Positions 40,151 through 51,545 of a DNA stretch of 64,000 bases are shown piece by piece (the first letter of the stretch is position 1; the number at the start of each line of letters is the position of its first letter). Source of the DNA: Hemiscyllium ocellatum. Taxonomy: Eukaryota. The notes under the pieces were generated by a model, which worked only from the letters and a program-made list of their open reading frames with translations, did no database searches and was not told the DNA's origin. The translations under genes and the position numbers were made by a program. The stretch is taken from the NCBI RefSeq assembly GCF_020745735.1, contig NC_083402.1:7254001-7318000 (forward strand), read 5' to 3'.

Positions 40151-40427
40151 AATCCAAGCTTCTTCAGATCACAGAAGCTGTCTGTTCTTTCTCAAAGATG
40201 CTAGCCAAATAGGCCTATGCTCGCTAAGGCTCATGGATTAATTATGACCACAAAATGTCTGCTTGACCAACAAACTGTCTGCTTTAAAATTATTACTGCT
40301 TTATGCTTTTAGCTGAATGCCTTTATTGTTAGTGATAATCCATTTTTATCCTTTATGTTACAAAATTTTAATCATTTAGCTATTCTATCTTTCATGCTGG
40401 CCGAGTAAGTTGTTTTATTCTTCCATA

Positions 40428-40440
40428 TTTCCCCCCTTTT
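40428..40440 (-). promoter_or_regulatory. Polypurine tract
   Basis: AAAAGGGGGGAAA abuts the 3' LTR start (TATGGAAG, compared with TGTGGAAG in the 5' LTR). Confidence 0.85.
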
Positions 40441-40443
40441 GTC

Positions 40444-40875
40444 CATAAAGGACAACCAATTCAAATCTGATGGAGCTCATTTCTTCCAGGGCTAACTGTT
40501 CATCTGCTGATGGGGGGAGCTGAAGGGGTAACCTGTTGGACCATCATAGAGGTGAGTACAGTTTGCCTGAAAAGGAGTCACTTGGAGTTTTACAACAAGA
40601 AGTCAGAACAAGAATACCAATGATTAAAAAAAGGAGCCCAGGGGCCCATTGTAAAATAGAGCTTCCCCAGATACCTAACAGGGAATGAAGCCAGATGAAT
40701 AGTCCACATGGTGCATCTGGGTGTCTGTGTAGCTCCCCTCTTCAATCTTCCTGATTTTGACTGCCTCCTTTCTGATATTATCAGCAAAGTTAATGACATT
40801 TTTAGAGGAGTCAGGGATGTAAGTGTGACATTCTGATCCTATGAGGGCACAAGTGCCACTTTTTGTAAACCTCAT
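40444..40875 (-). pseudogene. env: ERV env TM-subunit remnant
   Basis: GTCALIGSECHTYIPDSS is a decayed CX6CC motif. After a frameshift, FIWLHSLLGIWGSSILQWAPGLLFLIIGILVLTSCCK forms the membrane anchor. Confidence 0.82.
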
Positions 40876-42635
40876 TGTTCTGTTTCTGTCAAAACATCTA
40901 CCATTCTAACCATTGTCTATTTCAACTGTCTTGGTGTATTCATTTTTTAAAAAACATTTTCTGTTAATTTTTATTAATTATCCTGTTAACATTGGTTATA
41001 AGTTCAATAGAAGTAGACACAATTGTAAGCAAATACAATTACCTATTTCAGATCCCTCAACTCCTCCCTTTTTGATTTAAAACACTCAAAATCAAAATGC
41101 AAAAGCAATCTTAAAATCATCAAAACAAAAACATGTCAGATGTAAGGGGCCCGGAGCATCTCGTGAGACCTCCAAGTGGTGTAGTTGATGAGGGCTAAGG
41201 GACTGAGCGAGACAGCACTTTGATATGCAACATACAAGGAGAGGCTTCAGCATTTGCTGAATACAATGAGCAAGAAGAACAAAATAAGAAGCGCTAGTAT
41301 TTTAAAAAAATATAATAACTTCCCCATCTTGGGCTATTGCAACAATTCTTATCAAGCCTCAAGTTCATTCACTGATTGCTTGTTAGCATTACGCATGGAT
41401 TCAAAAATTCCCCAGTTCTCTTTTTTGAGGTATTCACATGTCATCATTTTTTTTGTCCTTTTACTTCAGCTCACGTTTGCTGTTTTAAAGTCTGTTCCTC
41501 TATGGATTATGTGTCAGTGTCTTATCATTTGAACTATGCTTTTGTGCCTTTCCAAGCCACAGACTAATTCATTTGTCAAGTTGGTGTACATGTCTGACAC
41601 CCATTCTTCAATGCATGTTTTTAAACTCATGTTTGTTTGTTACCTCCAGGGTGACATTCACTTTTGCATACTTCCATCTTATTCAAAGACCATGTCATGC
41701 ATTCTAGGCTCTCACATGAGCAATCAAGTGACCCATGAGTTTTTACTTATCTCTCAATGGATGGTACCAATGTCTCGGGCAGTGGCTTCATCACCACATC
41801 AGGACTCTTTAAAGGAAAGACAAGGAAACAAACATCACTTACAGAAATCTTAAGTTCCTTTTCATTAAAATACATGTTAAAAGTCAATTGCCATTCCATC
41901 CCATTATTCTAATTTGTTTCTCTTCTGCCACTAATCTCCATTCATAATTACTTCATCTCATCCAATTTTGCCAGTTAACTATTACCACCTATCTAATTTA
42001 AGAGACGTGGAGAAATCAGCAGTCCATGGCAGATTATTTTATAATATTTTAAAACAGAAGTCAAATATTTCTGTTTGATTCAAGCAGAATATATTTTGTC
42101 TGTTCTTTCTCTAAGATGCCCCACATATCTTAAACTTACTTCATAGCTCATTCTAGATATTTGACATTTATGACATATCTCTGCAAATTTGATCAAAACC
42201 AAAATTCTGTTTACACTCCCAAAGTCACAAACAATTTTTTTCACAGTATTTCTTCAATGTTGTCAGCTGCAAATTGCTGATGCCTCATCCATCACTGTGT
42301 TGCGATCGGAAAAACAAAACTAACCATCCATTCTACCCCAAGCAGGATGAATTAATAAGTGGTTTAAAGGTTGGAGTGATAACTCCTGTGCATAATTATG
42401 TCGATCAACTCTCCCTCTTTCTCTCTCTTTTCTCCTATTCAGAAAATGTGTGTTATATTTAACAAAGAAAAAGCCTACCTTGTTGGTATTAGCTTGATTT
42501 TCAGACTTTAGAACATATCATTCGGATATTCTTCAAAGAGAAATGTATTTTCAAAATTCCAATTTTCCTATTACTTTGATACTTTCATATCAAAAATACA
42601 CTTACAATGAGAAAATCTTATCATCCAGAACTAAA

Positions 42636-42882
42636 GGCGTGGTGGCTCACTGCTGCCTCACAGCGCCAGGGAGTGTGGTTCAATTCCCATCTTGAATGAC
42701 TGGGTGGAGTTTGCACATTCTCCCCGTCTCTGTGTGGGTGAATTGGCCATGCTAAATTGCCCATAGTGTTACATACATTAGTCAGGGGTAAATGTAGGGG
42801 AATGGGTCTGGGTGGGTTACTGTTTGGTGTGAAATGGTTGGGGTGAAGGGCCTGTTTCCATACTGTAGGGAATCTAATCTAA
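42636..42882 (+). mobile_element. HE1-type SINE inserted in the ERV interior
   Basis: ctgctgcctcacagcgccaggg...ggttcaattccc head and aatctaatctaa tail, with an internal deletion. Confidence 0.85.
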
Positions 42883-43262
42883 TGATTCACTCATATTGGA
42901 ACACTCACAACAGAACAGGAAATTCTAAACATGTTAATTTTCAGTTCTAAGAGGTAAATTTCTTCCAATCTTCATGATCCAATTTTTAAATCAACACTTG
43001 GTTGCAGATTTTGCATTACACAGTCACTGATGGTTCCTTAAAAGGACATTACATTTAACATTTATTTCCATACTGATACAGACACATATCACACTTCCAA
43101 ATCACCATAGATTCCCAAAATGCAAACTAAATTCAAAACATTCCTGGATCTTGAGGTCCAATGAATGAAAGCACAAACGTTCAACCACCAACAAAAAAAC
43201 ATTCAAACCAGACCACAAATAGTTAACACTTAGTTCAGTGAACACAGCACCAAGAATCGGTG

Positions 43263-43290
43263 TGTCTGTCTGTCTTTCTCTCTCTCTTTC

Positions 43291-43320
<30 letters not shown>
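43263..43320. repeat. (TCTG)n/(TC)n microsatellite
   Basis: Direct reading. Confidence 0.9.
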
Positions 43321-43321
<1 letters not shown>

Positions 43322-43629
43322 GACTAGGACACTCTTTAATTGTTCTAAGTGATTGCAACTAAATGTGGCATTAGGTGGAAATGATTCCTCAGTTTTTTTT
43401 ATGATGGCTTTCATTAAAGGCGTTTTTCCCCACTTTAGACACTTACATTTAATTCTAATATTGCCAATTGGATTTCGGGTCAATTAAAAACCAACAGTCC
43501 ATGGATCTTGCATTGTTTTACTGAGGAGGATCCAAGCCTCTTGCAGAGAGAAACTGGCTGTTAACTCCTAGGGAGGGCTTTTCTCTTTAAGCCGTCCTTT
43601 GAGAGGGGTCTTCATTCCCCTTTTGTTTC

Positions 43630-44505
43630 GTTCATGGCACAGAACAATAGTTCATAAATCACTGATGGTCATCTCGAGTAGGATGGTAGGGTCAGGGAGT
43701 TTATCAATATTAATTCTAAGTTCGGATGGTGTCTAGGGTTGGTGAACCAACACTGGCTGTCCTCCCTGAGGATTAGGGAAATATCTCATAGGGAACATAC
43801 CAGGTGAGAGTCAATGAGTGTCACAGCTGCCACTGCACAGGTTTCACCACTTGCCTGACTGTAAGCTTGTTGTTCTTTTCTACAGTTATATATTTCTGTT
43901 TGTTTTTGTATATCCTATTGATGTTTTCTAAGGTCTATCTTTAAACTAACATTGTCAGCAGAGCAGCTGGTGGAGGCATCTAACCCCACCACATCTGGAA
44001 ATTGCAGCTGTTGTTCACCCCTTGGATCTTGCTCAAGGGTAGTGGGGAATAATAGTTGTCTACTTCTTGGTCTAGAATCTCCTCATCTGCCTATGTAGAT
44101 GGAGAGCATTTGGCTCACATCCTTCAGGCTGTTTAACTATCATTTGTTTGTGAATTTCCACTTGTTGCCTATTATCTACAACTTGCATTTCTTTCTTTTT
44201 CTTCCCCGCATAACCTGTTTCAATACTTTTGTCTCTTCTTCTCTCTTCTTCCCTTTTCCAATCTCCAAAAGCTGCCTGGTTTACCTGTTTCTTGTCTCTT
44301 CTAAATCAGTCTCCATCTAATAGAAACTTTTATACAGGATATTCTTCCCAAGTTAAAGGAGCTTTCAGGTGGAAATGTCTGGTGGCTAGCTTTAGTCCAC
44401 TTCACCCAATTTTTTAAATGGTCAATTGATGTTTGGCTGCAGTTTTTGAAATATGAAATAGCCTGGGGTAATTTTAGGTGGGATTTTGCTAACTCTGGCC
44501 CCCAT
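43630..44505 (-). pseudogene. gag: ERV gag remnant (matrix and N-terminal capsid)
   Basis: Starts MGARVSK (MGxxxS myristoylation pattern), then ...KNWVKWT...TFPPESSFN (gamma-type MA motif), and later MFPMRYFPNPQGGQPVLVHQP*TPSELRINIDKLPDP (capsid start). Frameshifts and stops present. Confidence 0.8.
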
Positions 44506-45527
44506 CCTATTTTTGAACAATCTGTCCTTAATTTGGCTGAATAGTTTTGCAATGTTCTCAGTCACTCAATTTCCTTTTTTACAGTCCAACCGGTGGTCTC
44601 TACAGTCACTTCTTCTGGCCTTCACATGGCCCACCTGGGCTCTTAACTCAGGCTCAGTATGGATGGTTGAGAACTTTTTTCTGAGTGACTGAGTTCTAAG
44701 GTTTTAACCCAACCAAGTGTGTGCCGTGTCCCAACTTCCCCTGTTGGGAACCCCCCCTAAAAAAACTCACAAAAAACATCAAACATACAATTTAAAATAT
44801 TTACATGAATCCTTTAATCTTATAAATCCGATACAATAAACAAATCAGACAAACAGTAGTCTCAGTATTGGTTTTGTCACTGGCAGGGCTTATCGAGAGT
44901 ACTCACCGTGAGTATGTATTTGAAATCGGCCACGTAACAAGGTCACATTTGAAAACAAACAACCAGTTAATGATAATAAAGACACTTAACAGCGGCTCGG
45001 TATATGTTTGACAGCCCCCTGATTTGGCTCAAAAATCATACTGTTAAACAATGAACATTGGTCGGTATATATTTGACAGCCACCAACCTGGGTAAGAAAA
45101 AGAATCTCTCAAACCATCAGTTACATTTCATAATCTCTTTTCAAAATATCAGCAACTGTTCATCACTAACTCTTCATATCTCTTAAACGGCCATGGATCC
45201 TTACAGCACGCACGTTTATAATAATCAATTCTTCAAAACTTAATGTAACCCTCACTCTTATCAATGTCAACCATACCTGTTTGATTCCAGAAGGAGATCT
45301 CACCTGACCCGGTCCGTGCGACTGGTCGAGTGAGAGATAGCAAATGAAGCACGGAAATGAGCCTTATTAATTGCAGTACCTTCGCAGATGGAGACAGGCA
45401 GCAATGCCACACCATCCAAGGACAGAACCCACTCAAGCGATCAAGGGTCACCACTTGCCAGCTCAGGGTTCCACCTCTGAAAGTTTGGCAGTTCTCCCCG
45501 CTGTTGTTTCCCTGTGAAGGTCAAACA

Positions 45528-45545
45528 ACCTCAGTGGGACCTCCA
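45528..45545 (-). promoter_or_regulatory. Primer-binding site complementary to tRNA-Gln
   Basis: The plus strand ACCTCAGTGGGACCTCCA matches 16/18 nt of the vertebrate tRNA-Gln(UUG) 3' end ATCTCGGTGGGACCTCCA and lies just inside the 5' LTR. Confidence 0.85.
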
Positions 45546-45552
45546 AAATATC

Positions 45553-46023
45553 TGTCGACATTTTACTTGTATTCAAGGGGAGAGATCACCCAAACACATC
45601 AATTGCTATAGGATAACACGTCCAAAGAGTTATCCGATCACTGCCTTTTATAACAAAATCATGGGAATGTCAATACATGATTTATTCATTTTAGTAACAA
45701 GTGCGGTTTTGACAAAATGCCATGTTGATAGGAAATAAATGATGCTCCAGTTTTATAGTTAGTGTCATATCGGTCACAGCTTCTTCAGGTCATAGAAGCT
45801 ATCTGTTCTTTTCCAGGGATTCTGGCCAAAATGACTTCTACTCACTGTTATGACCACAAGATGTCTGCTTGACCAACAAAGTGTCTTTATAATGGTTACG
45901 GCTTTGTGCTTTTAGCTAAATACCTTTGTTATTAAACAATTTTGTTCTTTATGTTACTAAATTTTAATCACTTAGCTATTCTATCTTTCATGCTGGCCTA
46001 CTAAACAGTTTTATTCTTCCACA
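45553..46023 (-). repeat. ERV 5' LTR
   Basis: Starts TGTGGAAG and ends GTCGACA. TATAAAA at 45646-45652. Homologous to 39747-40427 and 37391-37427. Confidence 0.85.
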
Positions 46024-46642
46024 GTGCCTCGCTCATACGTATAATTTATATTTTTCGTCCCCCGGATCCTCTTTACTGTGTGAACGTACTTAAAGAATTT
46101 TCACTCATGCTGATTAGCGGGTAAAATCACTTCTTTCACAACTCTGATTGTAGATGTATAGGTGGTGGTGAAAACCCCACAAAGAACACTGGAAGAGGTT
46201 GAAAATACTCTCACATTTTTGACTTTTATTTGAATATGTAAAACACATTAACTCGTCAGCGGGAAGGCATCTCCCTGAAGGTACCTTATGAACACCTCCA
46301 AAAAAACATTATATAGGCAGGCATTGGTTTTCTTTGTAAGTTTTATTCCAAATTGTTCTGTTTTGACAGCATGTATTGATGGGGAAGACTTTAATTCTGC
46401 CCGATCTTCATCTTCAGTCTTAAGTTGCTTCAAGGTGTTTTGAGAATGAATTGAATTTCAAGTGCAAATAACACTTAATATTCCTGTAACCTGGGTTGAA
46501 TAATTATGTCCAGATTCAAATTCACATCTTGGGATGTCAACACTGGTAGAAGAGCAACAATATTCATAAGTGAAATTTAAAACAATCAGCGTAATTAAAG
46601 AGGTGTGATTCAAGAAGATGACCAAAATGTGAGACGTAGAAA

Positions 46643-47300
46643 CATAGACGTTAATAACATTGATAGGCGAGTCACCCCTTGCAGCCTGCTCTACCATTCG
46701 ATATGATCATGGATAATCATCCTATTCAGCATCTTGTTCCCACTTTTGTTTCATGCCTTGCTACCCCTTTAACACCAAGAACTATATCTAACTTCTTCTT
46801 CAAAACATTCAGTATTTTGATCTTCATTGCTTTCTGTGGCAGAGAATTCCACAGGCTCACCACTCCCTGGATGAAGACATTTCTCCTCATTCCAGTCCTA
46901 AATAGTCTACTTGCTATCCCTGGACTGTCACTCCTAGTTCTAGACTTCACACCAGGAAGATCCTTCCTGAATTTACCATGTCAAGTCATTTTAGAATTTT
47001 CTAGGTTTCTTTGAGATTCATCCTCATTGTTGGAGAAAGTGAGGACTGCAGATGCTGGAGATCAGAGCTGAAAATGTGTTGCTGGAAAAGTGCAGCAGGT
47101 CAGGTAGCATCCAAGGAACAGGAGAATCAATGTTTCGGGCATGAACCTGAAACATTCCTGAAGAAGGGCTCATGCCCGAAATGTCGATTCTCCTGCTCTT
47201 CGGATGCTGCCTGACCTGCTGCGCTTTTCCAGCAACACATTTTCAACTCATCCTCATTGTTCCCAACTTCAGTGAATATGGGAGTATCTGGCAAGTGCCA
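46643..47300 (-). mobile_element. CR1 3' fragment hosting a hairpin element
   Basis: Minus ORF 46726-46950 contains LFRTGMRRNVFIQGVVSLWNSLPQ. Confidence 0.75.
47032..47249. mobile_element. Penelope-derived hairpin element, family 1 (opposite orientation)
   Basis: Same termini as 62205-62416. 12-bp TSD ATCCTCATTGTT at 47020-47031 and 47250-47261. Hammerhead core with one CpG-type change (GAAATGTC). Confidence 0.85.
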
Positions 47301-48299
47301 AAGAGTGTGCAACCCTTCAGCAGTGCTACATAATGCTGAAAATACAAGGAATGAAGAACAGGCAAACAATGCTTTCTCTAAACTTTCTTCATCAAACACT
47401 CCCAGGACAGGAACGGTACAGGATCAGACAAAAAGTTCAGTTGCTTCTCTCTGGCCACCCAGATGCCTTTCTATTACTGAAGGGAGAGTTAATGGAGAGA
47501 TAGATGGAAGGTGCTGTTTGGACCTTCTATCTTGAAGACACATCGTGTGGTTAAGGGCTGAACGAGGTTCACAGATCTCTGGCAGGGTAATCACTAATCC
47601 ATGTGTAGAGAGATGCAAATTCAGTGAGTCTGGTTTGAATTGACATTGCAGACACATGCACACACGGGCACACACACACATACATATTAGTTCCTTTAAA
47701 ACCAATTGCAAGACTTAACAGAACAAGAAATTCTGTTGTGGCCACTGAAACCAGTGTGTGGTTTGCACTTTCTTTGCATTTTCCACAATTTCCTTCTCCA
47801 AGCCCCAAAGCTTTGGGCTGTATCTTGTATTTTTTTTGCCTAAGTCCTAGCTGCACCAAATTCTTTGGAGCATTTTTGCCTGCCTCTCTCTCATTCCAGG
47901 AGGAAAACAGCCCACAATAGGGCAGAATGAGTCAAGATAACGGGTGTGCTGTTGATCATTCAGCTCCTCAGTCCTTATATGGAGAACATCCTGATTCTGA
48001 CTGCCTTGTGCAGGGCCATGACAGATAGGAAGCTGCACTCGGTTGAGTGTACCAGGGAGCTCCTGAGAAAGGCTGTCTCCCTGACTCAACTCCCTGACTC
48101 AACTGTGGACAACTAACAACTATAACAAGCTTCCGTGCTGTGTCTGTGCTAAATGCATAAAGCAGCTGCAATATGGGCCTGGTATATCTGGCTGAGAAAA
48201 AAAAGTGTTAAAAGGCAAGCCAGGAATACTATGGGCATCCAAGGATATTTTTTGTGAAGGAATTCCAAAATTTTGATCCAGCTATATCTTTCCAAGCCA

Positions 48300-49830
48300 G
48301 AATGGTTAGTAACTTGGAGGGGAAATTGCAGTTGATGATGCTCCCATGTATCTACTGCCCATCACCTTCCAGGTGAAAGTGGTTGTAGGTTTGGAAGGTG
48401 CTGTCTGAGGACCCTTGGTGAATTTCTGATGTGCATCTTGTAGGTAGTAGACACTGTTGTACCCTGTGTACAACACTGTGTTGGTGGTAGAGAGAATGGA
48501 GTTTTGTGGATGTTGTGCCAATCCAATGGGTTGCTTTATTCTGGATGGTGTCAAGCTTCTTGAGTGTTTTTGGAGATGCATCCATCCAAGTCAGTGAGGT
48601 GTATTTCATCACACTCCTCACTTGTGCCTTGTAGATGGTGGACAGGCTTTTGGGAACCAGGAGCTGAGTTGCTTGCTGCAGTTTTTCTAGACTCTAACCT
48701 GCCCTTGTAGCCTGTGTGCTGATCTGGCAAGTTCTGTTGAGTTTCTGGTCAATGTGCTCAATAAAATATTGACTTGATACCAAGGGCAGTCACTCTCACC
48801 TCACCTCACCTCTGGACCATTTTTTAACCAAGGCTGTAATGAGGTCAGGAGCTGAATGCCCTTGGAAGAACCCAAACTGGGCATCACTGAACAGGTTATT
48901 GCTGAGCAGGTGCTGCTTGATAGCATTTTTGATAATAACTTCCATCACGATACTGATGATTGAGAGTAGATTGATGGGATGGTAACGAGCTGGGTCAGAT
49001 TTGTCCTTTTTTTGTGTACAGGACATACCTGTTTAATATTCCACATTGTCTAGTATATGCTAGTGTTGTAACTGTACTGGAACATCTTGGCTCAGGGAGC
49101 AGCAAGTTCTGGAGCATAACCCTCCTGTACCAGAATATTGTTGGGGCCTTTGCACTATCTAGTGACTCCAACCATTTCTTGTTTTCATGTGGATTTAATC
49201 AAATTGGCTTAAGACTGACTTTGGTAGTGCTGTGAATCACTGGCACAGGCCCAGGTGGATCACCTAATTGGCACTTCTGTCTGAAGATTGTTGCAAATGC
49301 TTCAACCTTATCTTTTGCACTGAGATGCGAGGCTCTTCCATCATTGAAGATGGAGATACTTGTTTAGTCACCTCATCCACTGAATTGTTTAATTGTCCAC
49401 CATAATTCATGAATGGATGTAGCAGGACTGCAGAGCTTAGATCTGATCGTTGATTGTGAGATCACTGAGCTCTGTCTATCATTTGCTATTTATGCATGCA
49501 AGTAGTCCTGTTTGGTAACTTCCACAGGTTGACACCTCATCTTTGGTGTAGTCCTGGCATACCCTCCTGAATTCTCTTTGAACCAGGGCTGATCCTCTGC
49601 TTGATGGTAATGGTTCAATGGGGAATATGAGTTTGCAGATTGTGCTAGAGTACAGTTGTCTTGCTATTGATGGGCCAAAGTGCCTATTACCTACCACAGA
49701 AGTTTGCTTCTGGTATCCTGAGAGCAACTTATATTCCACCCCATGCAGACATGAAGCCTGCACTTGATGAAATATACACTGCCACAAATAGCCTTGAGAT
49801 TCAATGAGGCTGAGCTCTAGAGTGTGCTTC
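48300..49830 (-). mobile_element. CR1/L2-superclade LINE fragment
   Basis: Minus ORF 48796-49026 contains KKDKSDPARYHPINLLSII...AQFGF..GHSAPDLITAL (RT). Confidence 0.8.
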
Positions 49831-49967
49831 CAAGTTACCATCAACACATCTCCTGTCCTGCCAGAGGCCAAACACCCCTCTCATATATTAAAGATGATCT
49901 GTCTCTGCACCATCTCTGTGGTTGTAACACTATCTTCTGCGTTCTGTTCTATTGCCCTGATGTTAGT

Positions 49968-51210
49968 GGGTTTTGAGAAGATTTGTAGCTCAGGTTGAGG
50001 TTCTGGATATAAGTTTGCTCACTGAGCTGGAAGGTTCGTTTTCAGATGTTTCGTCACCATTCTGGGTAATATCATCAGAGAGCCTCCTGTGAAGTGCTGG
50101 TGTTATGACCTGCTTTCAAATTACGTGTTTTGGGTTTCCTTGGGTGGGTGATGTCATTTCTGTTTTTGTTTTCCTCAAAGGGTGGTAGATGGGGTTCAAG
50201 TCGATGTGTTTGTTGAAAGAGTTCTGTTGGAATGCCATGTTTCTATGAATTCTCATGCATGTCTCTTTGGCTTGTCCAAGGATGGATGTGTTGTCCCAGT
50301 TAAAGTGGTGTCCTTCTTCATCTATATGTAAGGATATTAGTGAAAGTGGGTCATGTCTGATTATGTCTAGTTGATGTTCATGTATCCTGGTGGCTGGTTT
50401 TCTGCCTGTTTGTCCAATGTAGTGTTTGTTACAGTGCTTACAAGGTATTTTATAAATGACATCAGTTTTGCTTGTCTGTACAGGGTCTTTTAAGTTCATT
50501 AGCTGCTGTTTTAGTGTGCTGATAGGTTTGTGGGCTACCATAATGCTAAGAGGTCTGAATGGTCTGGTATGTCATTTACAAGTAGTTTTTGATGTAGGGG
50601 AGAGTGGCTAGAGTTTCTGGGCATGTGTTGTCTGGTTATTTGGGTTTGTTGCTGAGAAATCAGTGGACTGTATTCATTGTTCATCCATTTTTTTTGAATA
50701 CAGTAAACACACACTATAACTGCAGCTTAAAAGACCCTATACATAGACAACAAACAAAATGAACATCATTTAAAAAATACCTTGCAAAAACTTTAACAAA
50801 TACTATATTGTACAAATATGTAGACAACTAGCCACCAGGATACATGAACATCAACTAGCCACAGTATCACTAGCATCCTTACATACAGATGAGGAAGGAT
50901 ACCACTTTGATTGAGGCAACACATCTATCCTGGGACAAGCCAAACAGAGACTTGCAGAGAATTCCTAGAGGCATGGCATTCCAACCAGAACTCTATCAAC
51001 AAACACATTGATTTGGACCCCAACTACCACTCTCTGAGGAAAAAAAAAACCTGGAAACGACAGCACCAACCCAAGGAAACCTAAAACACATGAATAGAAA
51101 ACAGGACATAACTCCAGGGCTTCTCCAAAGGTTCACTGATAATGTTACCTAGTATGGTGATGAAATGTCTGAAAATGAACTCATCAGCTCAGTGAGCAAA
51201 CTTACATCCA
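49968..51210. mobile_element. Penelope element fragments in inverted arrangement
   Basis: Minus ORF 50116-50541 contains VIYKIPCKHCNKHYIGQTGR...RIHEH (GIY-YIG endonuclease). An inverted partial copy lies at about 50720-51210. Both ends carry hammerhead-like terminal repeats. Confidence 0.88.
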
Positions 51211-51545
51211 TTACCCTGATGTATTCATGTAAGGTATAATTTTCCTGGATATGAGGCAATACAATACTTTTCATTGGATCTTGGGCCATGTGACATAATT
51301 AATCAAATATAATAAAATAAAATTATAGATGTCCAGCCTTCATTTGGGAGATCAATTTGAAGCTTTTACTGCAGGGAACAGTTATGATCAATTTGAGCTC
51401 CTGAAATGGTGGAGGTCTGATAGCTTCTCCCTGTCTTGTTCACAAACAGAGGCTGTTCTGTTATCTGAGAACTAATCACATAGTTTAGGCAGCAAGACGT
51501 TTGTCATTGATGACTGCTCATTAGTTCACAGATCATCAGCAACTT

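Larger units (their letters stand above)
37391..40427 (-). repeat. ERV 3' LTR in three pieces (37391-37427, 39747-39912, 40151-40427) split by two CR1 insertions
   Basis: Removing CR1 37428-39746 rejoins gaagagatca|cctatatacatcaattgc, which is colinear with ggagagatcacccaaacacatcaattgc in the 5' LTR. Confidence 0.78.
37391..46023 (-). mobile_element. Decayed class I (gamma/epsilon-like) endogenous retrovirus
   Basis: Two homologous LTRs, PBS, gag MA/CA remnants, env TM remnant and PPT occur in the correct order on the minus strand. No pol recognised. Confidence 0.88.
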
